From Acidobacteriota bacterium (GTDB lineage: Bacteria; Acidobacteriota; UBA6911; RPQK01; JADFOI01), in NCBI GenBank assembly GCA_963663035.1, contig OY760074.1, positions 1,696,001 to 1,760,000 on the forward strand: a stretch of 64,000 nucleotides of DNA. Direction: 5' to 3'. The translations under genes and the position numbers were made by a program. Of this stretch, positions 27,952-39,229 are shown in pieces. The number at the start of each line of letters is the position of its first letter. Positions within the stretch are counted from its first letter, which is position 1. Under the pieces are notes generated by a model that was not told the origin of the DNA, did no database searches, and saw only the letters and a list, made by a program, of their open reading frames with translations.

Positions 27952-29724
27952 ATGCATGAAGTCTGGCTGACACTGGGACTCCTACTCGTTGCCCTCCTTT
28001 TCTTTGTGACCGAGTGGATTCGATACGATGTGGTCGCCCTTCTCGTCCTGGTGTCCTTGAATCTGAGTGGCATTCTTACCCTGGAGGAATCCTTTTCTGG
28101 CTTCAGCAATCCCGCTGTCATCACAGTGGCCACCGTCCTGGTCATGAGCCAGGCAGTGCAAAACTCCGGCCTGGTTCAGATCGTGGGAGTCAAGATGATT
28201 GAGTGGGGCAAGACCCCGCTTCGCCTGACCTTTATGATTATGCTTTCTGTTGGAGCCATCTCTGGGTTTATCAATGACATCGGGACGGCAGCCTTGTTTC
28301 TGCCACTGGTGATGATGGTCGCTCGTAAGGTGGAGCTTCCTCCCTCGAAACTCCTGATCCCTCTTTCCTACGGATGTCTGCTGGGGGGAACCCTGACCTT
28401 GATTGGGACCCCACCCAACATTCTGGTCACACTCATTATGGCCGAGCACGATATTGAGCCCTTCAGGATGTTTGACTTCACCCCGATCGGGGCCATTATT
28501 CTTCTCACCGGAATTTTTTATATGACTTTTGTGGGTCACCGCCTGCTGCCGCTGCGCCGGGGAGAGGCCAGCTTGATGGATCGGTTCAAAATCCAGGACT
28601 ATCTCACCGAACTTGTAATCACCGCCAAGTCTCCCCTGGCCGGCCAGCGTCTGGATGAAATCGATTTGGGGAAGGAGATCGACTTCACCATTCTGGGAAT
28701 TATCCGCGACCAGAAGACCGTACTGATGCCCTTGCGGCAGGAGCGGATCGAGGAGGGAGACCTCCTGCTGGTGGAGGTCAACCCGAAAGACTTAGGCAGG
28801 CTCAGCAGTCAGGCGGGACTGGAGATCGTGCCCGACGTGGAACCGGGCGAGGAGGACATCAGCTCCAAAGATATCGAGGTGGTGGAAGCAGCGGTTATGC
28901 CCGACTCCCGCCTGGTGGGGAGAAGCTTGCGGCAATTGAATTTCCGACGCCGCTTTGAGTTGACCGTCATGGCCATTTCGCGGCAGGGAGAACCGGTGCT
29001 CAGGCGGCTTGCCGAGGTTCAACTCCAAGAAGGTGATGTGCTGCTCATCCAGGGAAACCGTCAAAGGATCGATACCGCCTTACCCAGGCTGGGCTGCCTT
29101 CCTCTGGCCGATCGGGAGATCTCGCTGAAAGTAGCTGTCCATCCCTTGCGTGTTCTGGGGATCTTTCTGGGGGCGATCCTGCTGGCTTCCACAGGAGTTC
29201 TGCACGTCTCCATGGCTTTCACCCTGGGTGCTTTCCTCATGATCTTCACCGGCTGCATCACCACGCGGGGAGTTTACGCAGCGATCGAGTGGCCGATTCT
29301 CATTCTCATGGCGGGAATGATCCCTCTGGGCACGGCCATGGTGAAAACCGGGACCGCCACCTGGGTGGCCAACTCCTTGATCGGACTGCTCGGCACCACC
29401 AACCCCTACCTGATTATGGGGTTACTCTACATGCTCATCACCGCTCTCACCAGTGTGCTCAACAACCCCACGGTGACAGTCGTTACGGCTCCCGTTGCTA
29501 TCGATTTGGCCTCGAATCTGGGTCTGAGTCCCCTCCCCTTCTTGATGCTGACGGCAGTGGCAGCCTCCTGCGCCTTCCTTTCACCGGTGGCCCACAAAGC
29601 GAACATCTTGGTGTGGGGACCGGGCGGATATAAATTCACTGATTATACGCGCGTCGGACTCCCCCTGAGCCTGCTCATCGGCTTGATCTGCATCTTCGTC
29701 ATCCCCATGCTCTGGCCCTTTTAA
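27952..29724 (+). CDS. SLC13/DASS permease with two TrkA-C domains
   Basis: SGFSNPAVIT, GGTLTLIGTPPN, two RCK-C repeats, GPGGYKFTDY. Confidence 0.9.
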   Translation: MHEVWLTLGLLLVALLFFVTEWIRYDVVALLVLVSLNLSGILTLEESFSGFSNPAVITVATVLVMSQAVQNSGLVQIVGVKMIEWGKTPLRLTFMIMLSVGAISGFINDIGTAALFLPLVMMVARKVELPPSKLLIPLSYGCLLGGTLTLIGTPPNILVTLIMAEHDIEPFRMFDFTPIGAIILLTGIFYMTFVGHRLLPLRRGEASLMDRFKIQDYLTELVITAKSPLAGQRLDEIDLGKEIDFTILGIIRDQKTVLMPLRQERIEEGDLLLVEVNPKDLGRLSSQAGLEIVPDVEPGEEDISSKDIEVVEAAVMPDSRLVGRSLRQLNFRRRFELTVMAISRQGEPVLRRLAEVQLQEGDVLLIQGNRQRIDTALPRLGCLPLADREISLKVAVHPLRVLGIFLGAILLASTGVLHVSMAFTLGAFLMIFTGCITTRGVYAAIEWPILILMAGMIPLGTAMVKTGTATWVANSLIGLLGTTNPYLIMGLLYMLITALTSVLNNPTVTVVTAPVAIDLASNLGLSPLPFLMLTAVAASCAFLSPVAHKANILVWGPGGYKFTDYTRVGLPLSLLIGLICIFVIPMLWPF

Positions 29725-29733
29725 AAGATTCTC

Positions 29734-29762
29734 TTGCTCATAGGAGGCTAGCTCTTTAGACT
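29734..29762 (+). promoter_or_regulatory. sigma70-type promoter of infA
   Basis: TTGCTC-17 nt-TAGACT, 10 nt before the ATG. Confidence 0.6.
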
Positions 29763-29772
29763 GGGCAATAAT

Positions 29773-30081
29773 ATGGCTCGAAGACCTGTCAGGCGTAGAT
29801 GGCCTAGAAGGAAGAAGAAGAAACCGAAGAAGGACGCTGGCACGGTCACTGAAGAGCGAAAACCGAAGCAAACAGATGCCCTTGAGATGAACGGGACGGT
29901 CATCGAGCCGCTGCCCAACACCATGTTTCGCGTGGAGCTCGAAAATGGGAAGGTCGTTCTAGCCCACATTTCCGGGAAGATGCGCCGCTATCGTATCCGA
30001 ATCCTGAGAGGGGACAAGGTGATCGTCGAACTCTCCCCATATGACCTCACAAGAGGCCGTCTGGTATATCGCTTCAAGTAG
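29773..30081 (+). CDS. infA: Translation initiation factor IF-1 with basic N-terminal extension
   Basis: [43 protein letters not shown]. Confidence 0.95.
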   Translation: MARRPVRRRWPRRKKKKPKKDAGTVTEERKPKQTDALEMNGTVIEPLPNTMFRVELENGKVVLAHISGKMRRYRIRILRGDKVIVELSPYDLTRGRLVYRFK

Positions 30082-30112
30082 GAATTACCTCCTGTACAGC
30101 CTAATATCTTAG

Positions 30113-32147
<2,035 letters not shown>

Positions 32148-32162
32148 GAAAAGGCTTGAGCA

Positions 32163-33764
32163 ATGAATCAGCTTGACTGGGCCGTGATCGCACTCTATAT
32201 CGTGGGCCTGATCGTCTTTAGCAGCTTCCTCAGCCGAGGTCAGCAGAATACCGAAGATTATTTCCTGGGAGGTCGGAATCTGCCCTGGTGGGCCATCGCT
32301 CTTTCCACCATGGCCACTCAGCTAGGTGCCATCAGCTTTATTTCAGCTCCAGCCTTTGTGGCTCTCAGTGAAGGAGGCGGCTTGATCTGGCTGGGATACG
32401 AATTCGCGGTTCCACTGGCGATGATTTTCATCATGATTGTCATCCTTCCCTTCCTGCACCGCAATCACATTGTCAGCATTTATGAGTATCTGGAACACCG
32501 TTTCGACCTGGGAACACGCACACTTGTCAGCATCATCTTCCAAATCAGCCGCGCTCTGGCGACAGGAGTCGGGGTCTATGCCATTGCAATCGTGTTCTCC
32601 GTCACGGTGGGAATGGAAATCTGGGTCACTATTTTGATCGTCGGCATCGTGGCCATGGTCTATGACACTTTAGGAGGAATCAAAGCGGTGGTGTTCACCG
32701 ATGTCTTTCAGATGGGTATCCTGATGGTAGGGATCCTGATCTGCTCAGGCTATGCCCTTTACTACGCCGGGGGCTGGAGTGCAGCGCTGGCAGAAATTCC
32801 AGCCCAGCGATGGCAAAGCATCGACTTTCGGGGTCATGGCTTTGGAGATGGCAAAGACTTCGGGTTCTGGCCGCTGCTGTTGGGAGGTTTCTTCCTGTAC
32901 GTTTCCTACTACGGTTGTGATCAGAGCCAGGTTCAAAGAGAGCTGTCGGCTCGAAACGAGGACGACTTGAAAAGATCCCTGCTCTTCAATGGAATCTTTC
33001 GCTTTCCCGTCGTGCTGAGTTACTGTCTGATGGGCCTGCTCATCGGCTCCTTGTTGCTCCAAGACTCCGCTTTTGCGGCTCGAGTCCCCGAGAGCCGCCC
33101 CGACTATCTTGTTCCCATCTTTATCGTGCACTATCTTCCACATGGGATCATCGGAGTTCTGGCGGTTGCCATCTTTGCAGCTGCCATGTCCTCACTCGAT
33201 TCAGCACTCAACTCTCTCAGCGCTGTAACCTACAAGGACATCTACGAGCAGTATTTCCCAGGTCAACACGGTCCCCAACAGGCACTGAAGATCTCGAAGG
33301 CCCTGACCATCTTCTGGGGGTTCTTCTGCACGGGATTTGCCTTTGCGGTGGGGAGCATCTCGGGAACCGTCATTGAAGCGATTAACAAGATCGGCTCCGC
33401 CTTCTACGGACCCATTCTAGCCACCTTCCTCCTGGGTATTTTGACGCGGACGGCAGTGGCTTCCGGCGTCAAATGGGGAATCCTGCTGGGCGTGGGCACA
33501 AATCTGACCCTTTGGCTGGCCTTTCCGCAGGTGAGTTGGCTGTGGTGGAACGTGATAGGTTTTGCCATCACTTTCGGCCTTGGATATGGAATCAGTTCCC
33601 TGCTTCCAGGTAGACCGAGCGGGTTTGAGCCCGATCATGAAGCTTTGAGTCTTTCTGGAGGCTTGCCGGAGACATCGAGCAAGATGAACTGGACACCGGC
33701 CTACATTTTTCTGGGCTGTTACTTTTTCGCTATCGTGATACTGACGTACTGGATCGGATCTTGA
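32163..33764 (+). CDS. Sodium:solute symporter (SSS/SLC5)
   Basis: DYFLGGR, YEYLEHRF, GGIKAVVFTD, DQSQVQR, AAMSSLDS. Confidence 0.92.
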   Translation: MNQLDWAVIALYIVGLIVFSSFLSRGQQNTEDYFLGGRNLPWWAIALSTMATQLGAISFISAPAFVALSEGGGLIWLGYEFAVPLAMIFIMIVILPFLHRNHIVSIYEYLEHRFDLGTRTLVSIIFQISRALATGVGVYAIAIVFSVTVGMEIWVTILIVGIVAMVYDTLGGIKAVVFTDVFQMGILMVGILICSGYALYYAGGWSAALAEIPAQRWQSIDFRGHGFGDGKDFGFWPLLLGGFFLYVSYYGCDQSQVQRELSARNEDDLKRSLLFNGIFRFPVVLSYCLMGLLIGSLLLQDSAFAARVPESRPDYLVPIFIVHYLPHGIIGVLAVAIFAAAMSSLDSALNSLSAVTYKDIYEQYFPGQHGPQQALKISKALTIFWGFFCTGFAFAVGSISGTVIEAINKIGSAFYGPILATFLLGILTRTAVASGVKWGILLGVGTNLTLWLAFPQVSWLWWNVIGFAITFGLGYGISSLLPGRPSGFEPDHEALSLSGGLPETSSKMNWTPAYIFLGCYFFAIVILTYWIGS

Positions 33765-33772
33765 GGCCCGCT

Positions 33773-33844
33773 CCAGGCTCCGGGTTTTAAATTTTGAATT
33801 TCCGCCGGCCACAGGCCGGCGATTGTCAGCTGTCAGTTGTCAGG
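33773..33844. repeat. Third, partial copy of the composite heptamer repeat
   Basis: CCAGGCTCCGGGTTTTAAATTTTGAATTTCCGCCGGCC..GGCCGGCG..TGTCAGCTGTCAGTTGTCAG. Confidence 0.7.
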
Positions 33845-33850
33845 TGTTCC

Positions 33851-35551
33851 ATGAACATTCTCGGTCTAAACTTTTTTCATCCCAACGCCGCGGCGGCACT
33901 CTTTGGCGAAGGAAAGTTGGTCGCTGCGGCAGAAGAAGAGCGCTACAACCGGGTCAAGTTCTCGGCTGGCATTCCCACTTCGGCCATTGCCTTTTGCCTC
34001 GAGCAGGCAAATCTGGAGTTCAGAGATATTGACATCATCACCTACGCGCGCTCCGCTAATACAAGAATCGTTGACAAAGACCAGGTCCACTTTCAAGAAC
34101 GCATCTACAAGATCAATTCCCTGTACGATCGCTACCGCATCAACCTGAAGTTGATCAATTTCAAGGAAACCCTTGCCCAACATTTCCAGGTTCCGGTCGA
34201 GACCCTGGTCTTCAAACTTCAAGAACAGGATCATCACCTCTCCCACATGCTTTCTGGATTTCTTTACTCTCCTTTCGAGCAAGCCATCATCATCTCTTGC
34301 GATGCTTTTGGAGATTTTGTCTCTCTGAAAACGGGGATCGGGCGGGGCCACCACATTGAACCTCTGGGTCAAATTAAATTTCCTCACTCAGTGGGGCTTT
34401 TCTATACCATGGTCAGTCAGTTTCTGGGGTTTTCCGACTACGGAGACGAGAGTAAGGTAATGGGGCTTTCGACCTTCGGCTATCCGGAACATACCGACCG
34501 CCTCCGGACCATTATCTCCCGAGAAAACGGACAGCTCCGCTTAAATCTCAAATACTTCGCTGAAGAAAGTGGAGTGGGAACCTCGTGGTCCGAGCACGCT
34601 CCCGACATCAGCACCCTGTACAACGAAAACCTGGAACACCTGCTGGGATCGCGCAGGGATCCGCAGGAGGAGATTACGAGTCACCATCAAAACATCGCCT
34701 CTTCCATGCAGCATCTGACCGAAGAGATCATTTTTTCCATCATTGAAGAGCTGCACACCGAATATCGCATTCCCAATGTGGTCTTCACCGGCGGCCTTGC
34801 TTACAACTCACTTCTCAATGGACGCATTTTTGCTGAAACAGCGATCCAGCGGGTTTATGTTCCACCCGCTCCGGGAAACAGTGGCCTGTGTCTGGGATCA
34901 GCGCTGGCCTTCCTGGGTGAGTCGGCAGCTCGGTCAGAGATGACCCACGCTTTTTGGGGCTCCCAGTACTCCCCGGCCCAGGTGGCTCAAGCGCTCGAGA
35001 ACCGGGGCATCCAGTTCAAGAAGGTATCCGACCCGGTGGCTGAGGCTGTGGACCTGCTTGCAGCGGGAAACAGCGTGGGCTGGTTCCAAGGCCGGATGGA
35101 GTTTGGTCCCAGGAGTTTGGGAAACCGCTGCATCCTGATGAATCCCCAAACGCCGGCTTCACAGAGGACCAAGCAGCGTGACTATCTCAAGCCGTTTGGC
35201 ATATCCATCCTTGAGGAGAGCGTAGGAGAGTATTTTCGTGACGCCTACCACTCACCCTTCATGTCCTTTATGGGAATCATCCATGGGAAATATCGCCGCC
35301 AATTCGAAAATCTGCTCTTGAACAGCTACTGCCGCTATCAAACGGTGGGGCAGGAAAATCCTCTCTTGCGAAAACTGCTGCTCGGCTTTCAGGAAAAAGT
35401 GCAGTTGCCCTTTCTGATCAACACTTCACTCAACCCGGAGGGCGAGCCCATCATGGAGTCCCCCCATCAATTGATCGACAACTTCGAAAAGATGCAGTTG
35501 GATGCGGCCATCGTGGAAAATCTTGTGTGGGGTCCGGCCTTGAAAAGCTAA
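33851..35551 (+). CDS. Carbamoyltransferase (NodU/CmcH/TobZ family), divergent
   Basis: AAAEEER, HHLSH, ESKVMGLS, GWFQGRMEFGPRSLGNR, NTSLN. Confidence 0.85.
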   Translation: MNILGLNFFHPNAAAALFGEGKLVAAAEEERYNRVKFSAGIPTSAIAFCLEQANLEFRDIDIITYARSANTRIVDKDQVHFQERIYKINSLYDRYRINLKLINFKETLAQHFQVPVETLVFKLQEQDHHLSHMLSGFLYSPFEQAIIISCDAFGDFVSLKTGIGRGHHIEPLGQIKFPHSVGLFYTMVSQFLGFSDYGDESKVMGLSTFGYPEHTDRLRTIISRENGQLRLNLKYFAEESGVGTSWSEHAPDISTLYNENLEHLLGSRRDPQEEITSHHQNIASSMQHLTEEIIFSIIEELHTEYRIPNVVFTGGLAYNSLLNGRIFAETAIQRVYVPPAPGNSGLCLGSALAFLGESAARSEMTHAFWGSQYSPAQVAQALENRGIQFKKVSDPVAEAVDLLAAGNSVGWFQGRMEFGPRSLGNRCILMNPQTPASQRTKQRDYLKPFGISILEESVGEYFRDAYHSPFMSFMGIIHGKYRRQFENLLLNSYCRYQTVGQENPLLRKLLLGFQEKVQLPFLINTSLNPEGEPIMESPHQLIDNFEKMQLDAAIVENLVWGPALKS

Positions 35552-35573
35552 ACATTCCGTTATAATCAAACCC

Positions 35574-36257
35574 ATGCGTCTGGTACTCTTCGATATTGAC
35601 GGGACCCTGCTGCTGTCAGGTGGAGCGGGCGGTCGAGCTCTCAGTGGTGCCATAGCTCAAACTTACTCGCTTCCAACCGGCACCGACGGATTCCGTTTCG
35701 ACGGGAAAACCGACCCTCAGATCGTGCGTGAGATCCTATCCCATCACGGACAAGAAGATCGCTTCAACGATGAAGAGGTGTCTTCTCTGTTCTCGATCTA
35801 TCTGGACCTCTTAAGACAGGAGCTGACGGCTGGTGACAATTTCCTGGTGCTCCCCGGTGCCCTTGGGCTGGTCCGGACTCTCGATCGACAAGAGAACTTC
35901 TTGTTGGGTTTAGCGACAGGTAATATTGAAGAGGGAGCTCGGCTAAAGCTGGAACGGGCGGGCCTTGAGTCCTTTTTCGCTTTCGGCGGTTTCGGTTCAG
36001 ATGCCGAGAATAGAACGGATGTCATCCGAGTCGCCATGGAGCGCGGCCTTGAAAGAGATGCTCAGGTCAATCCCGAACAGGTTTTCATTGTTGGAGACAC
36101 GCCACGAGACATTGTCCACGGCAAAGAAGCGGGAGTTTGCACCCTGGCCGTCGCCAGTGGCAACTACTCTCTGGATGCTCTGAAGTCCTATCAACCCGAC
36201 CTTGCCGTGGCAAGCCTTAAGCCCATGGAGCCCATTGTGGAGTTTCTGTCTGGTTGA
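35574..36257 (+). CDS. HAD-family hydrolase
   Basis: LFDIDGTL, ATGN, VGDTPRD. Confidence 0.9.
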   Translation: MRLVLFDIDGTLLLSGGAGGRALSGAIAQTYSLPTGTDGFRFDGKTDPQIVREILSHHGQEDRFNDEEVSSLFSIYLDLLRQELTAGDNFLVLPGALGLVRTLDRQENFLLGLATGNIEEGARLKLERAGLESFFAFGGFGSDAENRTDVIRVAMERGLERDAQVNPEQVFIVGDTPRDIVHGKEAGVCTLAVASGNYSLDALKSYQPDLAVASLKPMEPIVEFLSG

Positions 36258-36302
36258 TCTTCGGCCGGCCGCAGGTCTGGCTTTAGGACGGGCAAACCTG
36301 CG

Positions 36303-36902
36303 TTACGCTGGGAACAGCCGCGGAAGAAACCGCCCGGTCCGCTTCATGTACTCCTTGTAATCCTCACCAAACCGCTCGATGAGCTTTTCTTCTTCGATTC
36401 TCGTTCGCAACACAATCAGGCCAAAGCCTATTAACCCTGTCAGAGCCAGGAACCAGTTCGCTGTCACAAGGGAGTTCGCTGCAAGTGCCAATGCAGTCGC
36501 CACATAAAACGGGTGTCGCACCCAACGATAAGGGCCTCTCGTCACCAGCGTATGGGCTGCCCTGGTGACAACCGTGTCCGTCAAGTTCTTGCCAAGGGTT
36601 CGGAACGTCGCCACCAAAAGCAGTCCTCCTGCGACCCCGGGCACAACACCCGCCCATCGCAACCAGTTCGGCAGTGCAACCGATGACCAAGCCATCAATG
36701 CTGGGTTAATCATGTAGGTCACGAATCCAACCAGAAAGGCGATGCCCATGGGCCGCAATGTAACGAGTATAAAGATTCCCTCTTGGCGGCGATCAAGCTT
36801 CTCACCAGTCGCCTGGGATTTGATGCGATGGTAGGCACCGATGGGAACGATGACCGCAAAGCCCAGAATGAGGATAGCCCGAAATGTCTCTTCGTACTCC
36901 AC
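36303..36902 (-). CDS. Isoprenylcysteine carboxyl-methyltransferase-like membrane protein
   Basis: LVTRGPYRWVRHPFY, RTRIEEEKL..RFGEDY..Y. Confidence 0.85.
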   Translation of the reverse strand: MEYEETFRAILILGFAVIVPIGAYHRIKSQATGEKLDRRQEGIFILVTLRPMGIAFLVGFVTYMINPALMAWSSVALPNWLRWAGVVPGVAGGLLLVATFRTLGKNLTDTVVTRAAHTLVTRGPYRWVRHPFYVATALALAANSLVTANWFLALTGLIGFGLIVLRTRIEEEKLIERFGEDYKEYMKRTGRFLPRLFPA

Positions 36903-36919
36903 AGGAGTTAGGCGCCCGC

Positions 36920-37210
36920 TTACGACTCCCGGTTCTTGAGAGCCCTCGCGCTGAGAGCCAGTGGCACCGCATTGAGCAGCAGAAAAGCTCCCCGAAAGCC
37001 AATACCCGTGCTGAGCATCGCCCACTCGGCCTTGGCTTCGGTCCACGGGGGCCGTTCCCCCACCAGGGAGACCCCCAGGGACTGAAGGACCTGGCCGCTG
37101 ACGTAGTCGGTGCTGATGTCATGCAAAGCCAGATACTCACCGATTGTCAGAACGAATGCGACGAGACAAAAGACGAACGTCAGGCCTATCAGAAGGCGCA
37201 AGCGTTTCAT
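36920..37210 (-). CDS. Small two-TM membrane protein
   Basis: GGAGG SD; two hydrophobic segments. Confidence 0.6.
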   Translation of the reverse strand: MKRLRLLIGLTFVFCLVAFVLTIGEYLALHDISTDYVSGQVLQSLGVSLVGERPPWTEAKAEWAMLSTGIGFRGAFLLLNAVPLALSARALKNRES

Positions 37211-37394
37211 GGTATTGAACCTCCTGCTGTTTGCCGGCTAGGCTGGATTTGGTTCCCGCTCGATCAAAGCGAGAATCTCGTCTCGCGTCTCTTCAGGTGA
37301 TTTCCCTTTGGTATACTCCACGAACTTGGCAAGGTCATAGTTCGATTTGAGCGCACTGTTAGACAATTTTGAATATCTTTGCGAGATGCTCTTA

Positions 37395-38674
37395 TCACTC
37401 CGGGAACTCATCGGAAGTGTACTTCTCAATGAGATCTTCACAGCCCTTGAGACCGCGCGGACGATCAAATTGCTTCTGCCATGAACTCAGGTCTGAATCT
37501 GCTGTCTTTACCTCTGTGATGACTGAGGCAGGATAGTAACCCTGGCCCTCAGAAAATATCGCTCAATATTATCGTACTCAATGTGTAAAACATTATCCTT
37601 GTTGATCGCCAGAAAACAGCCATCATCGATGTCCACGAAAAAATTAATGATTCTGCCTTCGTCACTCCGAACCAAGGCATGTATATAGTCACCCTGCTGG
37701 AAACCAAGGAGCTGGCCTTGTAGCTGTCCTGAACCGAATAATTTGTCATTGAAAGAGTTAGCTGAGGGAGAGCTATCAGACGCTTCTTCCCGGCCGGCTC
37801 TTAGTGACGCCTCAACCAGCCTCACCACCTCCGTATTCCCACTCTCCTTTGCAAGTTCGAGGATGCTACGATCGTAGTAACCTGCTCGGGGATCAGCGCC
37901 ATGGCTCAGCAGCAGCGATGTCAACGACGCGTCTCCTTCACCTGCGGCGCAGCCAAGTGGGGTGATGCCATACCTCGCTTTTCCGCTAAATGAGCTATCC
38001 ACCCAAACATCGACATCCGCGCCATGCCGAAGCAGATACTCCGCGATCTGGCGGCGGTCCTGACGGACATCGCAGCTACAGGCAACCGCCCATAGTGCAC
38101 TCCAGCCGTGATATCGCTCTTCCTGGTTGATGTCTGCACCGCGTTCAACAAGCAGCTGGGCTACCTCCGTCTGGCACCCAATTGCTGCGCTTACAAGAGG
38201 AGGACCTCCCCCGAACTCGCCATCGTGCCATCGATTTATGTCCGCGCCATACTTCAGTAGAATCTTTACGACGTCTACATAACCTGCGTTCGCCGCGGTG
38301 ACTAACACTGCCTGGCTTCCAATGCCTTCTTCATTTGGTGAAGCACCTCGCTTCAGTAGAGCTTCAACAATGCGAGCGTCACCAGCAAGTGCCGCATAGA
38401 TCAGCGGGTGGGGAAAGTTACCGTTGTCAATTTCATCGGGATCCGCCTCTTCGATCATCCGCAGCGCAATTTCTGTATGACCGTAGCGAATGCAATTGAT
38501 CAATTGAGATTCGCCAAAGAATGCAAGTCCCGGCACTCGGTCGACTCCGTCAGGGCATACCGACGCGCCCTCATCTTCTTGCGCTGCCACAGCGATGGGC
38601 TCGAGTATTCCCATGCAGACAAAAGCCATGATCAAAGCAAAAAATGGGATCTGTCTATTTCTGAGTGGTTTCAT
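37395..38674 (-). CDS. Exported ankyrin-repeat protein, probably frameshifted near its 3' end
   Basis: Signal peptide and about 6 ankyrin repeats; adding one base near 37551-37556 continues as EGQGYYPASVITEV...DEFPE* to 37395. Confidence 0.7.
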
Positions 38675-38775
38675 CGCGACCGCATAACAATGAATATACT
38701 GGTCAGAATAATATCCCGGTAGCCTGATAAGAGGCCATCAGCGGCGGTAGGGAGAACGCCTAAGGAGTAACTTTC

Positions 38776-39144
38776 TTAGAGCCAGATGGAGGCGACATTG
38801 GAGTCTTCGCTTTTGCCGGCTTCGTTAAAGGCCCGAACCTTGTAAGCAAACCCCCCGGTGATGTACTTTCCCACCTTGTCTTCCCAGTGGGCGGTGTCGG
38901 CTCCAACCATGCCCACGACTCGGAACTCCTTCCCATTGTCGGAACGCAGAATCTCGAAGCCCACTTCATTTTCGGAATGATCCTGCCAGACAAGCTCGGC
39001 AACTGCAGTGGCGCCATCATAGCGAGTCACGACCCTGAGATTGTCCGGGTGTTCCGGGATTCCGCTTCCTTCCTGAGCAAGCGTAAGTCCACCGGCCAAG
39101 AAGAGAGGAAGAAGCAGTGAAATAAAAATTGACTTATTTGACAT
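38776..39144 (-). CDS. Small secreted fibronectin-type-III protein
   Basis: Signal peptide; P.NL, LVWQDHSENEVGFEI.R, YKVRAFNEAGKS..SN. Confidence 0.8.
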   Translation of the reverse strand: MSNKSIFISLLLPLFLAGGLTLAQEGSGIPEHPDNLRVVTRYDGATAVAELVWQDHSENEVGFEILRSDNGKEFRVVGMVGADTAHWEDKVGKYITGGFAYKVRAFNEAGKSEDSNVASIWL

Positions 39145-39229
39145 ATCGTCTAATAACATACCAGATCTACCTATTTTAGATAGTGAAAGTGGGCTCAGGT
39201 TGCAAAAAGATACAGGAAAGGGGAACGGT

